The notes beneath the pieces are model-generated. The model was not told the origin of the DNA. It searched no databases and was given only the letters and a program-made list of their open reading frames with translations. A DNA stretch of 63,804 nt, the filler included, from Phoronis australis (lineage: Eukaryota > Animalia > Phoronida): the NCBI GenBank assembly GCA_002633005.1. It is 9 parts of 9 records of this genome, joined end to end, with 100 filler letters (N's around TTAATTAATTAA, not from the genome) between each part and the next. Parts side by side here need not be neighbours in the genome. Positions count along the whole stretch, not along the records: positions 23,761 to 33,226 come from NMRA01000627.1; positions 33,327 to 38,020 come from NMRA01002513.1; positions 38,121 to 45,222 come from NMRA01001563.1; 6 more parts are not named here. One strand, written 5' to 3'. Both the position numbers and the translations under genes were made by a program. Every line of letters begins with the position of its first letter. The first letter of the stretch is position 1. Below, in pieces: positions 26,987 to 39,919 of the stretch.

Positions 26987-27157
26987 CTTGGTGATAACTG
27001 TTGGTGCCATGTCTACTTTTTTAACATTGAGGTAGGTTCCTGACGACAGGGGCTTCAAATGAGCAACTTCATCTTCCGAAACCTTCGTCGGTTCTTCCTC
27101 ATTATCGCTAGAAAGTTCATCACTTTCATTCCCCGCGTAGCTTTTCAAAGCATCCAT
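26987..27157 (-). CDS. CDC40: Pre-mRNA-processing factor 17, first coding exon (partial gene)
   Basis: MDALKSYAGNESDELSSDNEEE..VAHLKPLSS..VDMAPTVITK (57 codons) ends at a phase-0 donor AAG/GTGAGA. It resembles the metazoan PRP17 N-terminus (ALAASYGS..LMHL..VDSAPEVAVK). A CCAAT palindrome lies upstream near 27210. Later exons were not found. Confidence 0.8.
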
Positions 27158-28621
27158 TTTGAAGGTCAAGGTCAGAAGCCTCTACGCACAAAATTCGTTT
27201 TCTAGTCTTGATTGGCCAATCTGACTTTGGAAAAGTTTAGCTGTCACCAGGTGGCGAGACCGTCGTAAGCAATTAGACGGCTCGTGCCTGATTTGTTCAA
27301 AAATTGTTCAAGTACGAGAAAAAAGAGAGAAGTACAAGTATCAAAAAAAAAGAAATGTTCGCTTAGCATGCTTTGGATTCCCGATCCTACAAGATATTGC
27401 CGTGTTTGTTTGCCTGAAAATATCACATTTTGTTACATGTGGAAATACTTACGCCTACATTGAGCTATAGTGTACATGCATTGAGAGCCTGAGGGGCGTG
27501 CAATATGGTGGTGGAAGTAATATACATTTGGCATTGATCCTAGATTATTATGACGTCGGTTCAAATTTGTCAAATATATTTAATGCTGAATAAACCAGGT
27601 TAGAGCAGCCTTTCATCGGGATTGAAGATAAATGGCGTGTAAGGCAGTTTTATACCGACCTCTTCAACTCTTCAAGAATTACGGGACGGCCATGAGCATG
27701 TCACAAATTAAAAAATAGGCATGCGCGCACCCAGCCTTCAATATGGGGGGCTCGAATTCTTGACTTTGTGGACCTTTTTGCTAACAAAACAGCGGGCGGA
27801 CTAAAAAAAAACGGGGATCACCACTGTGAAGTGCGCGTTTGCAAAAATGAACTTTTGTCCCATTTTCTCGGACTTCATGAGGAACCCTTTCCAGCTGAAA
27901 ATTGACCGTCGGACGGCCTTCGTCCGACGGTTGGAGTTTGCTAATGCGAACACAATAGCCCATTGAATTCAGTCCAGCTGCCTGGGCTGCTTGGTCACGT
28001 ACGTAATCCTTTAATGACACCTCATTATGCCATAAAACTACGTGCCTGTCGACTATTGGCNAAAAAAATAAAGTTTATTTTAAAAATCTACCTGCCTAAC
28101 CGAATTCCTCGCGAAAATCTAAGCATTTTAGAACTTTGAATTTTCTTTCTAGGCCAGAAAATAAAGTTTTTATTAATATAAAAATTTACCACCTTGTGTA
28201 CGAGCAGAGCGCAAGAATTTACAAAGGGTATATTGTGATTCGCCGCCATGAGGCAGCTTATAATTTCCTACCAAAAGGCCAAAATGTACCACAATCAATT
28301 TGTTTTAACAAAAGGCAAGTTTCAGTATATAATATATTACACAATAAGGAGAATTATTTTGTTAAAACGAATAGCAATTGGGAACTTGTTTTAAGCGTAG
28401 ATATACAGTCGTCATTTTCCGAAGTAAACAATCCCACGTGCTTCAGTCGAACTTCCAGTGATGTTTGAGTAGGCCTACGTAGTTTGCGATCGCGGATTTT
28501 TTTCGAAGTATGCGAGAAGTGCCAAGCTGTGGATAAGAGTGGCAACAGGGCAGACGCTGACCGTGCATGGATAAGCGTGTAAGCACTAATCTGTTTCGTT
28601 AAGTTTCCCGACTGGCCTGGA

Positions 28622-28857
28622 CACGGAAACTCGAAAGAGACGTGGACTCGACTTCGACACGGTCAACTACCCAAAGCTCAAGCGCTTAGGGAATAGAGGT
28701 AAGTATACTGGGGAGCCCAATGTTCGTCCGCCTAAGCATAAAACCGACTTGCTGTTGTACTCACCGAATTATTCACGGAAACTCGAAAGAGACGTGGACT
28801 CGACTTCGACACGGTCAACTACCCAAAGCTCAAGCGCTTAGGGAATAGACGTAAGTA
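28622..28857. repeat. 84-bp direct repeat flanking a 68-bp inverted pogo right-end fragment
   Basis: 28622-28705 equals 28774-28857 with one mismatch. 28706-28773 matches the reverse complement of about 9646-9713. Confidence 0.85.
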
Positions 28858-29526
28858 CTAAGAAAACTACGGTACACAGTGACAGAGGATCAGAGAATGG
28901 TGCACATTTTAACGTATTACTTCTTGCGCGTTAGGTCTACTATTTTTGTTATGTGAATTTATTACAGCCTTCAGGCCTTCCCCGTATCAATTGTTTCTCG
29001 CAAACCTGCTCCCATGTAAGTACCTGTAGGCCTACCATGGGCCTAGGCAACACGTAGCCCCTCCGCTGGCTAACTTAAAAAAGCGCTTAGTTTATTCACC
29101 GATCATTTCTGGTTCTGTACATATCTTCCGTGTAGCATGTTTGTTGAAGTAAGATGATTATGGCGAAGAATTCGAATTCCACTTTTTAGTAGCCGTTAAT
29201 TTTTTCATCGTGCGCGACAACCACAAACTATTTCCATTGAGTTAGGCAAGGACAAGCGCGAGACATAGAGAGCGCGTGACCTCGCGTGTGACACTTGCAA
29301 AATAGCTTGGCAGATATTAGTGTTTATTTTTAGATTCATGTCCCATGGACTGTGTTCATTTACAGGCGTGATTTTACATAACTTCCTCGGCATTCACGGC
29401 GATGTAATTTACCTTACCTAACCCTAATGACTGATTTTTTGAGAGTTCGACTTTAAGCTGAATTGTTGCGGAAATTTTTGTGAGGGTCCAGTGTTTGTGT
29501 GATTACGCCGAATAGATTTTTATTCT

Positions 29527-29587
29527 GCAATGACCATCGCCTCTGCTGACCCAACCAGGCTGGGCCAGCAGAGGCGATGGTCATTGC
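29527..29587. repeat. Hairpin with a perfect 22-bp stem
   Basis: GCAATGACCATCGCCTCTGCTG, 17 nt, CAGCAGAGGCGATGGTCATTGC. Confidence 0.85.
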
Positions 29588-30307
29588 CTAGATTTTTATA
29601 GGCTTCAATAATTACATTCAAAAGTGATGAAACCATTAACATTAAAAAGTACAAAATTAGTCTTATTTGATTTAACTTATATTTTTCCTTCTGTATACTT
29701 TGTGTTTCATACTTGCCTTTTAGGAAAAGTGAATGGAATTTTCAACATGCATTACACCCTGCAAGTCGGGTACTTGTTACGAACTCTAACTTTGTATGCC
29801 TTTTTTCAGTCAGTGGATTTGTCAAAGGGAAACAACGCAGATGACCCAAAGCAAGAGTGTCCTCCCAATGGAAAACATTGTTTAATGGTAACACAGTGAA
29901 CTACTTAACACGAGATGGAGACCAAACAAGGAATAAAAAATATGTGAATGTTTTTATATGAGAAGTAGCTAAAGAAGACTTAAGGAGTGATGCAATGCGA
30001 GGACAGAATGCCAGGTACAAACGTCAGTTCACAGTTCTCGTCATATTGGGTTAACTGCTGAATCCCCTGCAATAGTCCTATATAACATGCAAAATTCTGC
30101 GAACCACTTTGCCGGTTTCGGCAGTGCCTTGCTGTTTGTTGGTGCTAGTGTTGAGCTGTGCTATAGAGAAGTGGTATATGAACATCGTTATTTAAACTTT
30201 GCTTCAGTTTTGTANNNNNNNNNNNNNNNNNNNNNNNNNNNNNNNNNNNNNNNNNNNNNNNNNNNNNNNNNNNNNNNNNNNNNNNNNNNNNNNNNNNNNN
30301 NNNNNNN

Positions 30308-30515
30308 GCGCGTGCTCATTTAAGTATTCTATTTTCACACTTGATGACGTCAGTCGCTGCGTGGTGTAGTGGTTAAAGTCGGACACCAGCAATATTAGGG
30401 TCCCGGGTTCGACCCGTCCTCGGTTTCCCGCCAAATCGTTATCTCACTAGTGAGATAACTTTATGGGTTATTACACGGTTGTATCTGCCATTTGACGCTA
30501 ATATTGTGGTATAAA
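30308..30515 (+). mobile_element. Repeat 3' part with tRNA-like Pol III cassette
   Basis: A-box TGGTGTAGTGG and B-box GGTTCGACCC. Homologous to 37896-38020 including upstream flank. Followed by the palindrome GTTATCTCACTAGTGAGATAAC and by TGTGGTATAAA. Confidence 0.65.
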
Positions 30516-33500
30516 GTAGATTATTGTACATAGTTCATTAATACTTAGACTTATTGTACACTCTGCACCTGCCATGCTGATATTTAGTGTATACTTTGTT
30601 TCAGTGATTATTAAGTAATTCTGATGTTGATGTAAGTTGATGCAATGTGAAGTTTCACTTTGTATTAAAATAATAAGAAATAAATAACTCTCTGCCTGTT
30701 GCATGTAACAGATGTGTCGATGGCTTTGCTTCAACACATCTTGGCCACAAATTTGGCAGCAGTCAAGCTATATTCTTTACACCTTCACTTGCTGGTAATG
30801 TTTGTTTTGAAAAAATTAAAACTGAGAGGGGGAGAGATCTCTTATTTATGCTGCTGCTGTAATAAAGAATTCTCTTGGCCCAGAAATTAAATGCCCCAAT
30901 TCAATTCATACTGTTAAACTTAATAGTAAAAAGTGGCTGTAATTTTCTTAGCCATTCTTACACTTTACCTTTCTTAATTATGTCATTTTTCATTATTGTT
31001 CATGCCCTCACTATTTAGTATCATCTCTTTATTTCATCTCTCCTGGTCAAAATTTCACCCTTAACTTGTTATTAATTGCTGCTTTGTTACCTGTATCTAG
31101 TTATTGTTTCATGTATTACATTCTACTGTATTGCATCCTGATGTTGAAGGCCCCTTAAAAGCATATTTTGGCTAAAAACAAATGTGATTAAAGATATGCA
31201 TCGGTTTCTTCTATTATCACAATTGTAATGGTCTGTTTTTACCTTGTTGTTGGTGTTGTTGCCGTTGTTCACATATGCGCTGATTTTAAATTTCGTACTC
31301 ATATTTTGTCCCAAACAAATGCGATTAAAGGTATGCATAATTTTTTCTATCATCACAATGGTACTGGTATGTTTTTACCTTCAACAATAACTATTTTGTT
31401 GATCATATTTTGTTAACTTGGAAGCTCATAACCTAAACATGTGTATATTATGTAAGTTGAGGTATTTATATATTTTGATGGGCAGCATTTACAGATGTGT
31501 ATTTTTTAACAGATCTCACTTTGTCCCTAGGTTCTCAGTATNNNNNNNNNNNNNNNNNNNNNNNNNNNNNNNNNNNNNNNNNNNNNNNNNNNNNNNNNNN
31601 NNNNNNNNNNNNNNNNNNNNNNNNNNNNNNNNNNNNNNNNNNNNNNNNNNNNNNNNNNNNNNNNNNNNNNNNNNNNNNNNNNNNNNNNNNNNNNNNNNNN
31701 NNNNNNNNNNNNNNNNNNNNNNNNNNNNNNNNNNNNNNNNNNNNNNNNNNNNNNNNNNNNNNNNNNNNNNNNNNNNNNNNNNNNNNNNNNNNNNNNNNNN
31801 NNNNNNNNNNNNNNNNNNNNNNNNNNNNNNNNNNNNNNNNNNNNNNNNNNNNNNNNNNNNNNNNNNNNNNNNNNNNNNNNNNNNNNNNNNNNNNNNNNNN
31901 NNNNNNNNNNNNNNNNNNNNNNNNNNNNNNNNNNNNNNNNNNNNNNNNNNNNNNNNNNNNNNNNNNNNNNNNNNNNNNNNNNNNNNNNNNNNNNNNNNNN
32001 NNNNNNNNNNNNNNNNNNNNNNNNNNNNNNNNNNNNNNNNTTCTCAGCCAATGTAACTACCATATAACAGGTTTCTGGTTCCTCCATATGAAAATCCAGG
32101 TCAAAAAGAAGGTCACAAGTAGTCCTATTCAGTTGGAGAATTTTATGATGCCATCTTAACTGAGGCAGGCCAGCCAGCTGGCTCTCTATTGTGTTGGCAG
32201 GGAATGGGGTAATTGAAACTTGCGCTTCAGTTAACAATTCTAATTGGGTTTTGGCTTGAATTTTCAGCAGGGATAGATTCGTCATGTATTCACACTGAAT
32301 AACTGTTTGAAACGTTGATCTTTTATCAGTAAAGTGTCTTCATCAAAAGACATAGCTTAGTTTAATATGTCGCAAAGTGGGAAGTTTTTCCTCGGAGCCG
32401 TTACGATTAACCTTTTCCGCAAGTCTGTGCATTTATCCACTGAAATCCAGAGTGACCACAAAACAGTGTAATAACACTGCTACATACCTTTTTAAAATTT
32501 AGCATACTAGAAATCAATCTAAAAACGATCTTTCAAAAAAAAACATTTTAATACTTTGTGAAATAAAAACTTCTCTTTGTAAAAACCACTAGATTTTTCC
32601 AAAATAAGTAAAGTTTATAATTTCTATATGAAATTGTGTAGGTTTGTGTACATCGGTTTAAAAGAACAAGCACATTCCGACGGGCTTATTTTCGATCCGC
32701 GCTCTTCACTTGTCCACATACACATTTTCGTTACATTCCTGCTGCTTAAGATGAACACATTTCCATTAAGACGCTTGGTCTTGTTTATACCATAGATAGA
32801 CTCGTTGTAAAATCCTACAACATTCAGTAATTGCACTGGTTAAAGCGTGACGTCCTCTTGTAAAGAACAGGTGTACAGTATGAACAAAATTATGTCCACT
32901 AAAAACGGTGGCATGCGCACAACCAGTTTCTCCAAAAGGAGGCACGACCGATCGAGTTTCAAGAAGGAGATGGAATCAAGGAGAGAGTCACACGTCAACT
33001 TTACAGATGTCAAATGTCGCATTAAGAGCTACATGCAGTACACATTGTATTTCGTCGTGATAATTATCGTCCATAAAGCGCAGCATTATGGTGCCGCCGC
33101 CCTCTCTCACTTGGCAACTATTTCACTCTATCTCTTTTTCCCCGTTCGTCATCATTTTGTGTCCCCACCCCGTGGTCGCGACCGATCACGCCCCGTCCAT
33201 TCAATGATCATCAACAGTAGTTTTCCNNNNNNNNNNNNNNNNNNNNNNNNNNNNNNNNNNNNNNNNNNNNTTAATTAATTAANNNNNNNNNNNNNNNNNN
33301 NNNNNNNNNNNNNNNNNNNNNNNNNNCCCCCCCCCCCTAACTCAAAATCCTGTAAAGTTCCCTGTGTCTGTCTTTGGCAGAGCCCACAAGTCTCCATCCT
33401 GTATCTGGACGTACATAACTGTAACCTACACGATTGTCATACGACTACTTACAGGGCATAGAGCTCTCATTAACCTGTCACCATCTTGTAAACACTGGGT

Positions 33501-36233
33501 CGTATCTTTTTATATAATTCGCACGAGCTTCAACAAACGTTACTTTTTATTAGCTTTGTTACTGAGAGACTGTCAGACTCGACGTTTTAGAAACACTGCA
33601 TTCCAATACATTTGCGGATTTAGGAGGCCCAAACGATACACACATCTACGGATACGAGTTAAAAACGCCGCCGGAATGCTGTTTTCTGAGGCGAATCCGA
33701 GATTTGACTTGGAGTAAAAAGAATGGAACCATTGACGATATCCTGGATCCGGCATTGTGCAACGTGTAGGCAAAAATGCACTTTTGTGTCTTGTCTGAAA
33801 GAAAACAATGAGAATCTCAACATCATTTTATTCTCTTGAATAACGGGTTGATTATATGAAGTTGGTATCAGTTTTCGAGAGGTACGCGACTTCGATTATA
33901 TTTTTGACGGGTTATGCCCATAGGGAATTAGGGAAGATCCAATGCTTTAGATATCGCGTCCTTCAGATCAAAATAAAACCGCTTATCGGTGGCAAGACAT
34001 ATTATAACCCATAGCTTGAACCGATTTTAAGGGTTTACACTAATGACTAAGTGGTGAAACTGAAACAGCAGACATTCGGACGCCAGCTCAATGGAAAGAC
34101 GCAACACACGGGTAATTTAACCATTCTTAGATTGCTTTACAATCAATTATTGAACGATTTCATAAAACCAGAATTGGTCATCGTCCCTGAAATCACTACA
34201 CATATGATTGGATACGACTGTCATTGTGAAAATTCTATGCAAGGGAATTTAGTTCTCGCAGCTAGTCCAATGTTTTTCCCGAATGCGGTACTTTCCTTCA
34301 TCCGCGTGAGTTGAGCAATAACCAGCATTTCCAAACTATGGTGGTTTTGTACATGTATTTGAATGTTTGTAATAAAAACGTCAATATTGGTTAACTTTCT
34401 TGGACTCGTTCAACGACTTGCATATATTGCACACAATTGAATCTTTTAAATGACGGAAAAGAACATTGCAACAAAGTCACCTACCGCAACTAAACTAGAA
34501 TTTTCTTCCTAGTATCACACGAAGAGTAACCAGGGTATTTAGGAGTAAAGAAAACGCCTTCGAAAATGATACGACGGACAAGCCCCATTGAAATCTGACC
34601 TCTTGAACGTATCCATGAAAATAAATAGATACTAGAATCTGTATTGCTACACGCTTACTAAAATATATCCTGCTGTGCTCTGCCGTTTGTTTAATATTTG
34701 ATTAAAGGAACGAAATCGCTTTTAAGACCTAAATATTTTGGGATTACTGCTGAATTCCATAGTACAATATGTCAAGTTATTCCTTTTGAACATACCGATA
34801 AAACAATAAAATCGGTTTGTGAGTTCATTACCGATAGCCAATTCTCGCTGTTGAAATCAAAGCCATTAAACTACTCCGACACATGTATATCGCTAAGTGG
34901 AATTTATCTCAGTGAGTAGAGACATTGCCTGTTACAACAAAGTTCAGGCTTGGATCTGCTCTGGGGCTAGTTTCAGAAAACTTACAATTTTACTTAAAAT
35001 TCAGATGTTGGTCACGTCACGTCCGTGCTGTAACGTGAGGGCGTGCTGCAGGCGCGACGTTTAATCCAGCTAGAAACATCCGTTACTATTAGGAAACCAG
35101 TTTTAGGTGTAGAACAGTTTACTGCTATCAAATTGGTATCAACTTGTTATTTACTCAAGTGAGAAGATTTTGCATTTGTAATGAATTGACAGTTCGTATA
35201 CGCTTTTTACTGATACCGTGCTCAACATATGGGATGACGCGCCGTGACAAGAAAATTTGCCCATAGCCTGTAGACCTTACGCAATTATCATTTCCCTTCC
35301 CCTCCAGAAATCACCTCTCATTTGACTAAAGACTATTCTGAGACCTGTTTTAGAACGGTAACTGGTCTACTTGTAAGTCAAATATTGTTTTTTGTGACTT
35401 CAGGCAGGTTCACAACTTTGCAGATTTCTAAGCTGTTTGGGAACACAACCGATAGTAGAAATAATTCCTGGAAACATCTTGTAAATTTTCGTGAATTTTG
35501 AAATACAAGGGAACGTAAATTAAAACGTGAGCTTATGTTCAGTTTAGGTAGACAAAGCTCGATGCAATGAGTCTACACGTACCCACTAAGACAGAAGCAG
35601 ATAGTTTCGACTTCGCACACCGTGTGTTCACTGACTTAGGGCTGTTTCTCCTTCTATGATTAAACCGTCGGGAAAATGCAATCAGGCCATGGTTTTGTGG
35701 TTGGAATAAATCTACCATCATTCCTTAATTTTTATTCACCTTATCACGCATATACATTTTCCGATCTCCCGCTAAGAATCTTGTGACTGCATAGAAACAC
35801 TGTTAATGAACCGGGAGACTACATGCCTGTAAAAAGACTATGATTGGTCTGGTTCCTAGGTCTGATACAGCCAATAGTCAATTCTTATTAGAAAGTACCG
35901 GTAGTCAAATTACCGAAGATGAGACACTACCAATGTAGACCCAAACTTTCATTCCATATCTAGACACGTTTTTCGAGGTAATTTAAATCGGCATTATAAA
36001 AGAGGTTATTTTGACGTTAAAACCAACGAAGTTAAAACATTTACGCATAACCACTCAACCTGGCAGATGATAAGGTAAAGTAGAAGTGCTAGGCACAGCG
36101 TTTGTCTGTGACCTCAGCGGTTTTAGAGATCTATTTTACTCTGATGCTAGTCTTAAAATGTCAGGTTCTCGCTGATATTGTAGTATTTGAAAACGACAAA
36201 TCGTTGCGCGATGTCAGTTTTCATGTTTAACCA

Positions 36234-36386
36234 GCCTCCCGTTCAGTAACGCTAGGACCTCGCTAAAAAGCAAGACTTCGCGAGATTACATGAGATATTG
36301 GAATGTATTTCAAATAAGAACACGTGACTTTTACTAGATTTTAGCTAGGTCCTAGCGTAGGCCCTAGCGTTTACTGAACGCACGCC
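36234..36386. mobile_element. About 150-bp MITE
   Basis: Inverted ends CGTTCAGTAACGCTAGG / CCTAGCGTTTACTGAACG. Close copy at 47989-48141. Confidence 0.75.
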
Positions 36387-36966
36387 AGATTTAATATTAT
36401 TTGCTACATCCTTTCCAGTCAAGTAAATGTATTTTTTTCTGGATTTTGAGTACCTAAACGTTTTGGGTTCCTCTCAAAATTAAATAAATTTTGATTGGCA
36501 TCGTTTTTGTTATGGTATAATAAAGACTTAGGTGATGACCGACTTAGTTTTTTTACCTTCCCAAAAGCGTGCCGAATTCAAAATAATGCCTCGCTTTGTT
36601 TTACTAGATGGCTATTCTGTTGTGCTGTTGGGATTGTTAATTATCGCACACTTAATGCAGCCTACATATAGGTTTGCCTAGTATTCGGATGGTAGTGATG
36701 ACGTGCTTGCTATTAATATGACGCGATTTGGACTCACACGTAGAGAAAGAAATGCACAGTCACATCACATTTTCGAAAATTGTTTATAAGCCTTGAACTT
36801 TTTTCCGATCCAATCAATGGTGGGACCCCTACTTTAGTAGTTTAACAATTATGTAATTGGTTTTGATAAGTGTTCGACAACGGTTGCGCCAATTGTACGC
36901 TCCCTTGGAGTTGACTGGCGCCTAACCCGGTATTAATTTTCGAGGTACTACATAAATCTGGCCTTA

Positions 36967-37052
36967 CTATTGTTATCATTATTATTGTCATTATTATTGT
37001 TGTTATCATTATTATTATTATTATCATTATTATTACTGTTGTTGTTATTATC
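36967..37052. repeat. Imperfect (ATT/GTT/ATC)n microsatellite
   Basis: Trinucleotide run. Confidence 0.9.
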
Positions 37053-37220
37053 AGTTTTGGTATTTTAATTTCATTTGACTTTGTCCAAAACGTTAACATG
37101 ACGTCACAACAGTCATTTGAATTGTTAAGCTTGACATCATAGTCACAGTGAAATTTGACCTGGCGCGCAATAATTTAACTTCACGATAACGAAAGCTACA
37201 ACATTTATGTATTTATACAT

Positions 37221-38020
37221 ATAGATTATTACATGGCGAAGTCGTTATCCCCCGTTATCCAGAGCCCGAGTGGATTTCGGAGAATTATCGCCCGAGGGGC
37301 GTAAGCCCCGAGGGAGATAATTCTACAATATCCACGAGGGCTCTAGATAAGGGGGATAACGACTGAGAACATGTAATAATCTATTTATACCACATACTGA
37401 ACGAGAACCATTGCAATGAATCATCAACTTTTCTCGACTCGCCTCGGCTTTGTAACTACTTTCAATGTCAGAGGCCCGGGGTCAGAGGTCGTGACCTTTT
37501 AAGAAAAGCCGAGATATTTTTGTAAAATAATGCTTTTACTCAAAACCAATTGAAAAATAAAACAAAATAGAAATAAAGTGAGTCTATAAATTAAGGTTTA
37601 GCAACTATTATAGCTTACTACACATTTTATCACGCTAAGCTTCGACCGGGAATATATCGTCTGCTAAAGTAGGTTACCGCAAGTAACTGACTATAATGCT
37701 CAAGTCAAAGGATCTCGACCACACGACACCTGCATTCAAATTGGAGATCGGTGATTTACAGGTGAGAGAACACGAGAGAAAAAAAAATTCACTGAATTAA
37801 AATAATTAAAATATCGTTTTTATGGAAATTATGCGTCTTATTTTTCATAGCGTATAAATGTCGGTGCAATGCCCTTTGCTGAGCATGCGATTGTTGCGCG
37901 TGCTTAATTAAGTATTCTATTTTCACGTTCGATGACGTCAGCCGCTGAGTGGTGTAGTGGTAATGTCGGCGACTCGCAACTGTTGAGGCTCGGATTCGAA
38001 TCCGGCCTCGGTTTCCCGCC
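37221..38020 (+). mobile_element. Non-autonomous element beginning with a 164-bp hairpin and containing a tRNA-like cassette
   Basis: Imperfect palindrome 37221-37384. TTTATACCACA at 37384. tRNA-like segment 37941-38012 shared with 30308-30432. Confidence 0.6.
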
Positions 38021-38482
38021 NNNNNNNNNNNNNNNNNNNNNNNNNNNNNNNNNNNNNNNNNNNNTTAATTAATTAANNNNNNNNNNNNNNNNNNNNNNNN
38101 NNNNNNNNNNNNNNNNNNNNTATAAACTTGTCTAATTAGGAAAACTTACGAGTGAATGTACTGTTGCTTGAGGCTGGGCCAACAGGAAGCTGGAGAGAAA
38201 GAACAAACAGCGCAACCGTCGGACTTGGTAGGAACTAACCAGCAGTTGGATATGAAGCATGAAGGGCTCCATAATGGTATTTGCCCAAATAATAGGATTT
38301 GTGTCAGAGTGCCATAAATTTCATTATAAGTTCATGAACATGTGCTTAAGCTGAGTTTGTTAGTAAATAACGCACGCTCTGTTAGCAACAGAAACTTATT
38401 TCAATTGATCAAGGTAAGATAGTTTTTTTTTACTCACTCCTTGCGATATATTGTCGTGTTTATGCTCATGGTTATTTTGTAG

Positions 38483-38544
38483 CTCGACCCAATATACAGA
38501 CAAGGAGTTGAACATTACAACAGCCTCAAGATTAAACAGCTACG
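38483..38544 (+). CDS. SEA + Sushi domain protein, SEA exon a
   Basis: tag/ LDPIYRQGVEHYNSLKIKQL(R) /gtgagt. Phase 0 to 2, joining in frame to 39027. Confidence 0.7.
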
Positions 38545-39026
38545 GTGAGTCAATTTAAGTTTGAAACGATATCTTATTGAACAACTGTTTGGAGAAGAAA
38601 ACTTCTGGATCTGGTGTTTACTCTACCCTATACTGATCCATGTATAAACATTATAATCTTACATTTGGATTGCTATGTATGTTTTAAAGTTCCGCAACCT
38701 AGTTCTTATCCTGTAAAGTATATTACCCACATTTATAATCCGTAAAAATTGTATCAATATATAGAATTTGAACTCTAAGTACACGGAACAGCTGGCACAA
38801 ATCAATAACATTAGAATACATTGAATTTGGACTCAATGTCTTGATAAACTGCTTGATCTGCGTCCCTGGTTTTTTGGAAATCATAGGGATAGTTGGTTTG
38901 GCCATATCGACTGTACTCAGGACAGAAGAAGACCTTGGAGGCAGTGTAGTTTTTATGAAGATATTTTCTGTCATATTCACTAACTTAATGCTGTTTCAAT
39001 TGCTGAAATACCGATTCACCTTTCAG

Positions 39027-39199
39027 GGCTGGTTCAGTACTTGTTGATCAACAGCTGTTATTAGTTGGCAACTTGTCTGACGCTGAAAAGCTGAAAGCCA
39101 GCATTCAAGCAGTAGATGCCATCATTGCCGCAAATAGGTCATTGATTGTCGGAAGTGAGAACGCGCTGGTGGTTGATGTTAGAAATTCCTTCACTGCAG
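39027..39199 (+). CDS. SEA + Sushi domain protein, SEA exon b
   Basis: cag/ (R)AGSVLVDQQLLLVGNLSDAEKLKASIQAVDAII..FTA(G) /gtataa. GSVLV resembles the SEA GSVVV motif. Phase 2 to 1, joining in frame to 39740. Confidence 0.7.
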
Positions 39200-39739
39200 G
39201 TATAATTAAGTGAAATTAATCATGCGAGTGTGCATATAAGCGTTTTTTTTTTGTTTTTGAATTGGTTTAAAACTGAATGTCACCCTGTTAGCAGGCTAAA
39301 AACGAAGATTGACTCAGTCTGTTTACTCGTACACAGTGGGGTCTCAAAATATTTCTTGGTTATGATGGCTACATCACACAACAATGATCATGCCCACTAT
39401 TACACGAATCTGGTTACTTCAACTTACTTAATTGCAGAGTTAAAACGTTTGTTTCACGCTACAAACTTAAATAGGTATTTTAGGAAGATGCCGCCGAGTA
39501 GATCCAATACTATTGAGCTGGCTCCTGTGCCCAGTTTAAAACATAACTTACTACTCATTCGACAATACTCATCGTTGCTTAGACACAAAAATGGTTTCAA
39601 ACTCCACAACTCCATGTCTGTGCTTATGAACTTAAGCTATGATTTAAGTGAGATCTCAACTGGGAGAAATGTAAGTTTGGTTTGAGTATTCTATCGCACT
39701 GCGTTGTCTAACAGCCTGATTACACCTCTGCACATTCAG

Positions 39740-39919
39740 GTATCAATTGTTCAGAGCCTATAACGGAGGATGAAAATGCTGCCAGGACTGGGTCAGTTTT
39801 TATTTATGGCTCTGTTGTGACGTACAAGTGCAAACCTGGCTACGAGAAGTTGTCTGGAGAAGCTTTGTTGACATGTTTGTCTAACGCATCCTGGGATTCA
39901 ACGCCACTACAGTGTCAAA
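39740..39919 (+). CDS. Sushi/CCP domain exon
   Basis: 180-bp phase 1-1 exon: INCSEP..YGSVVTYKCKPGYEKLSGEALLTCLSNASWDSTPLQCQ, with four Cys and the Trp of the CCP pattern and canonical AG/GT. Confidence 0.9.

Noticed and set aside
29810-29887. Possible plus-strand exon (SVDLSKGNNADDPKQECPPNGKHCLM)
   Set aside because: Splice signals are plausible but I found no homology or partner exon.
37941-38012. Functional tRNA gene (also 30353-30423 and 22190-22245)
   Set aside because: A and B boxes are present but the acceptor and anticodon arms pair poorly, and the flanks are repeat-derived. tRNAscan-SE would settle it.
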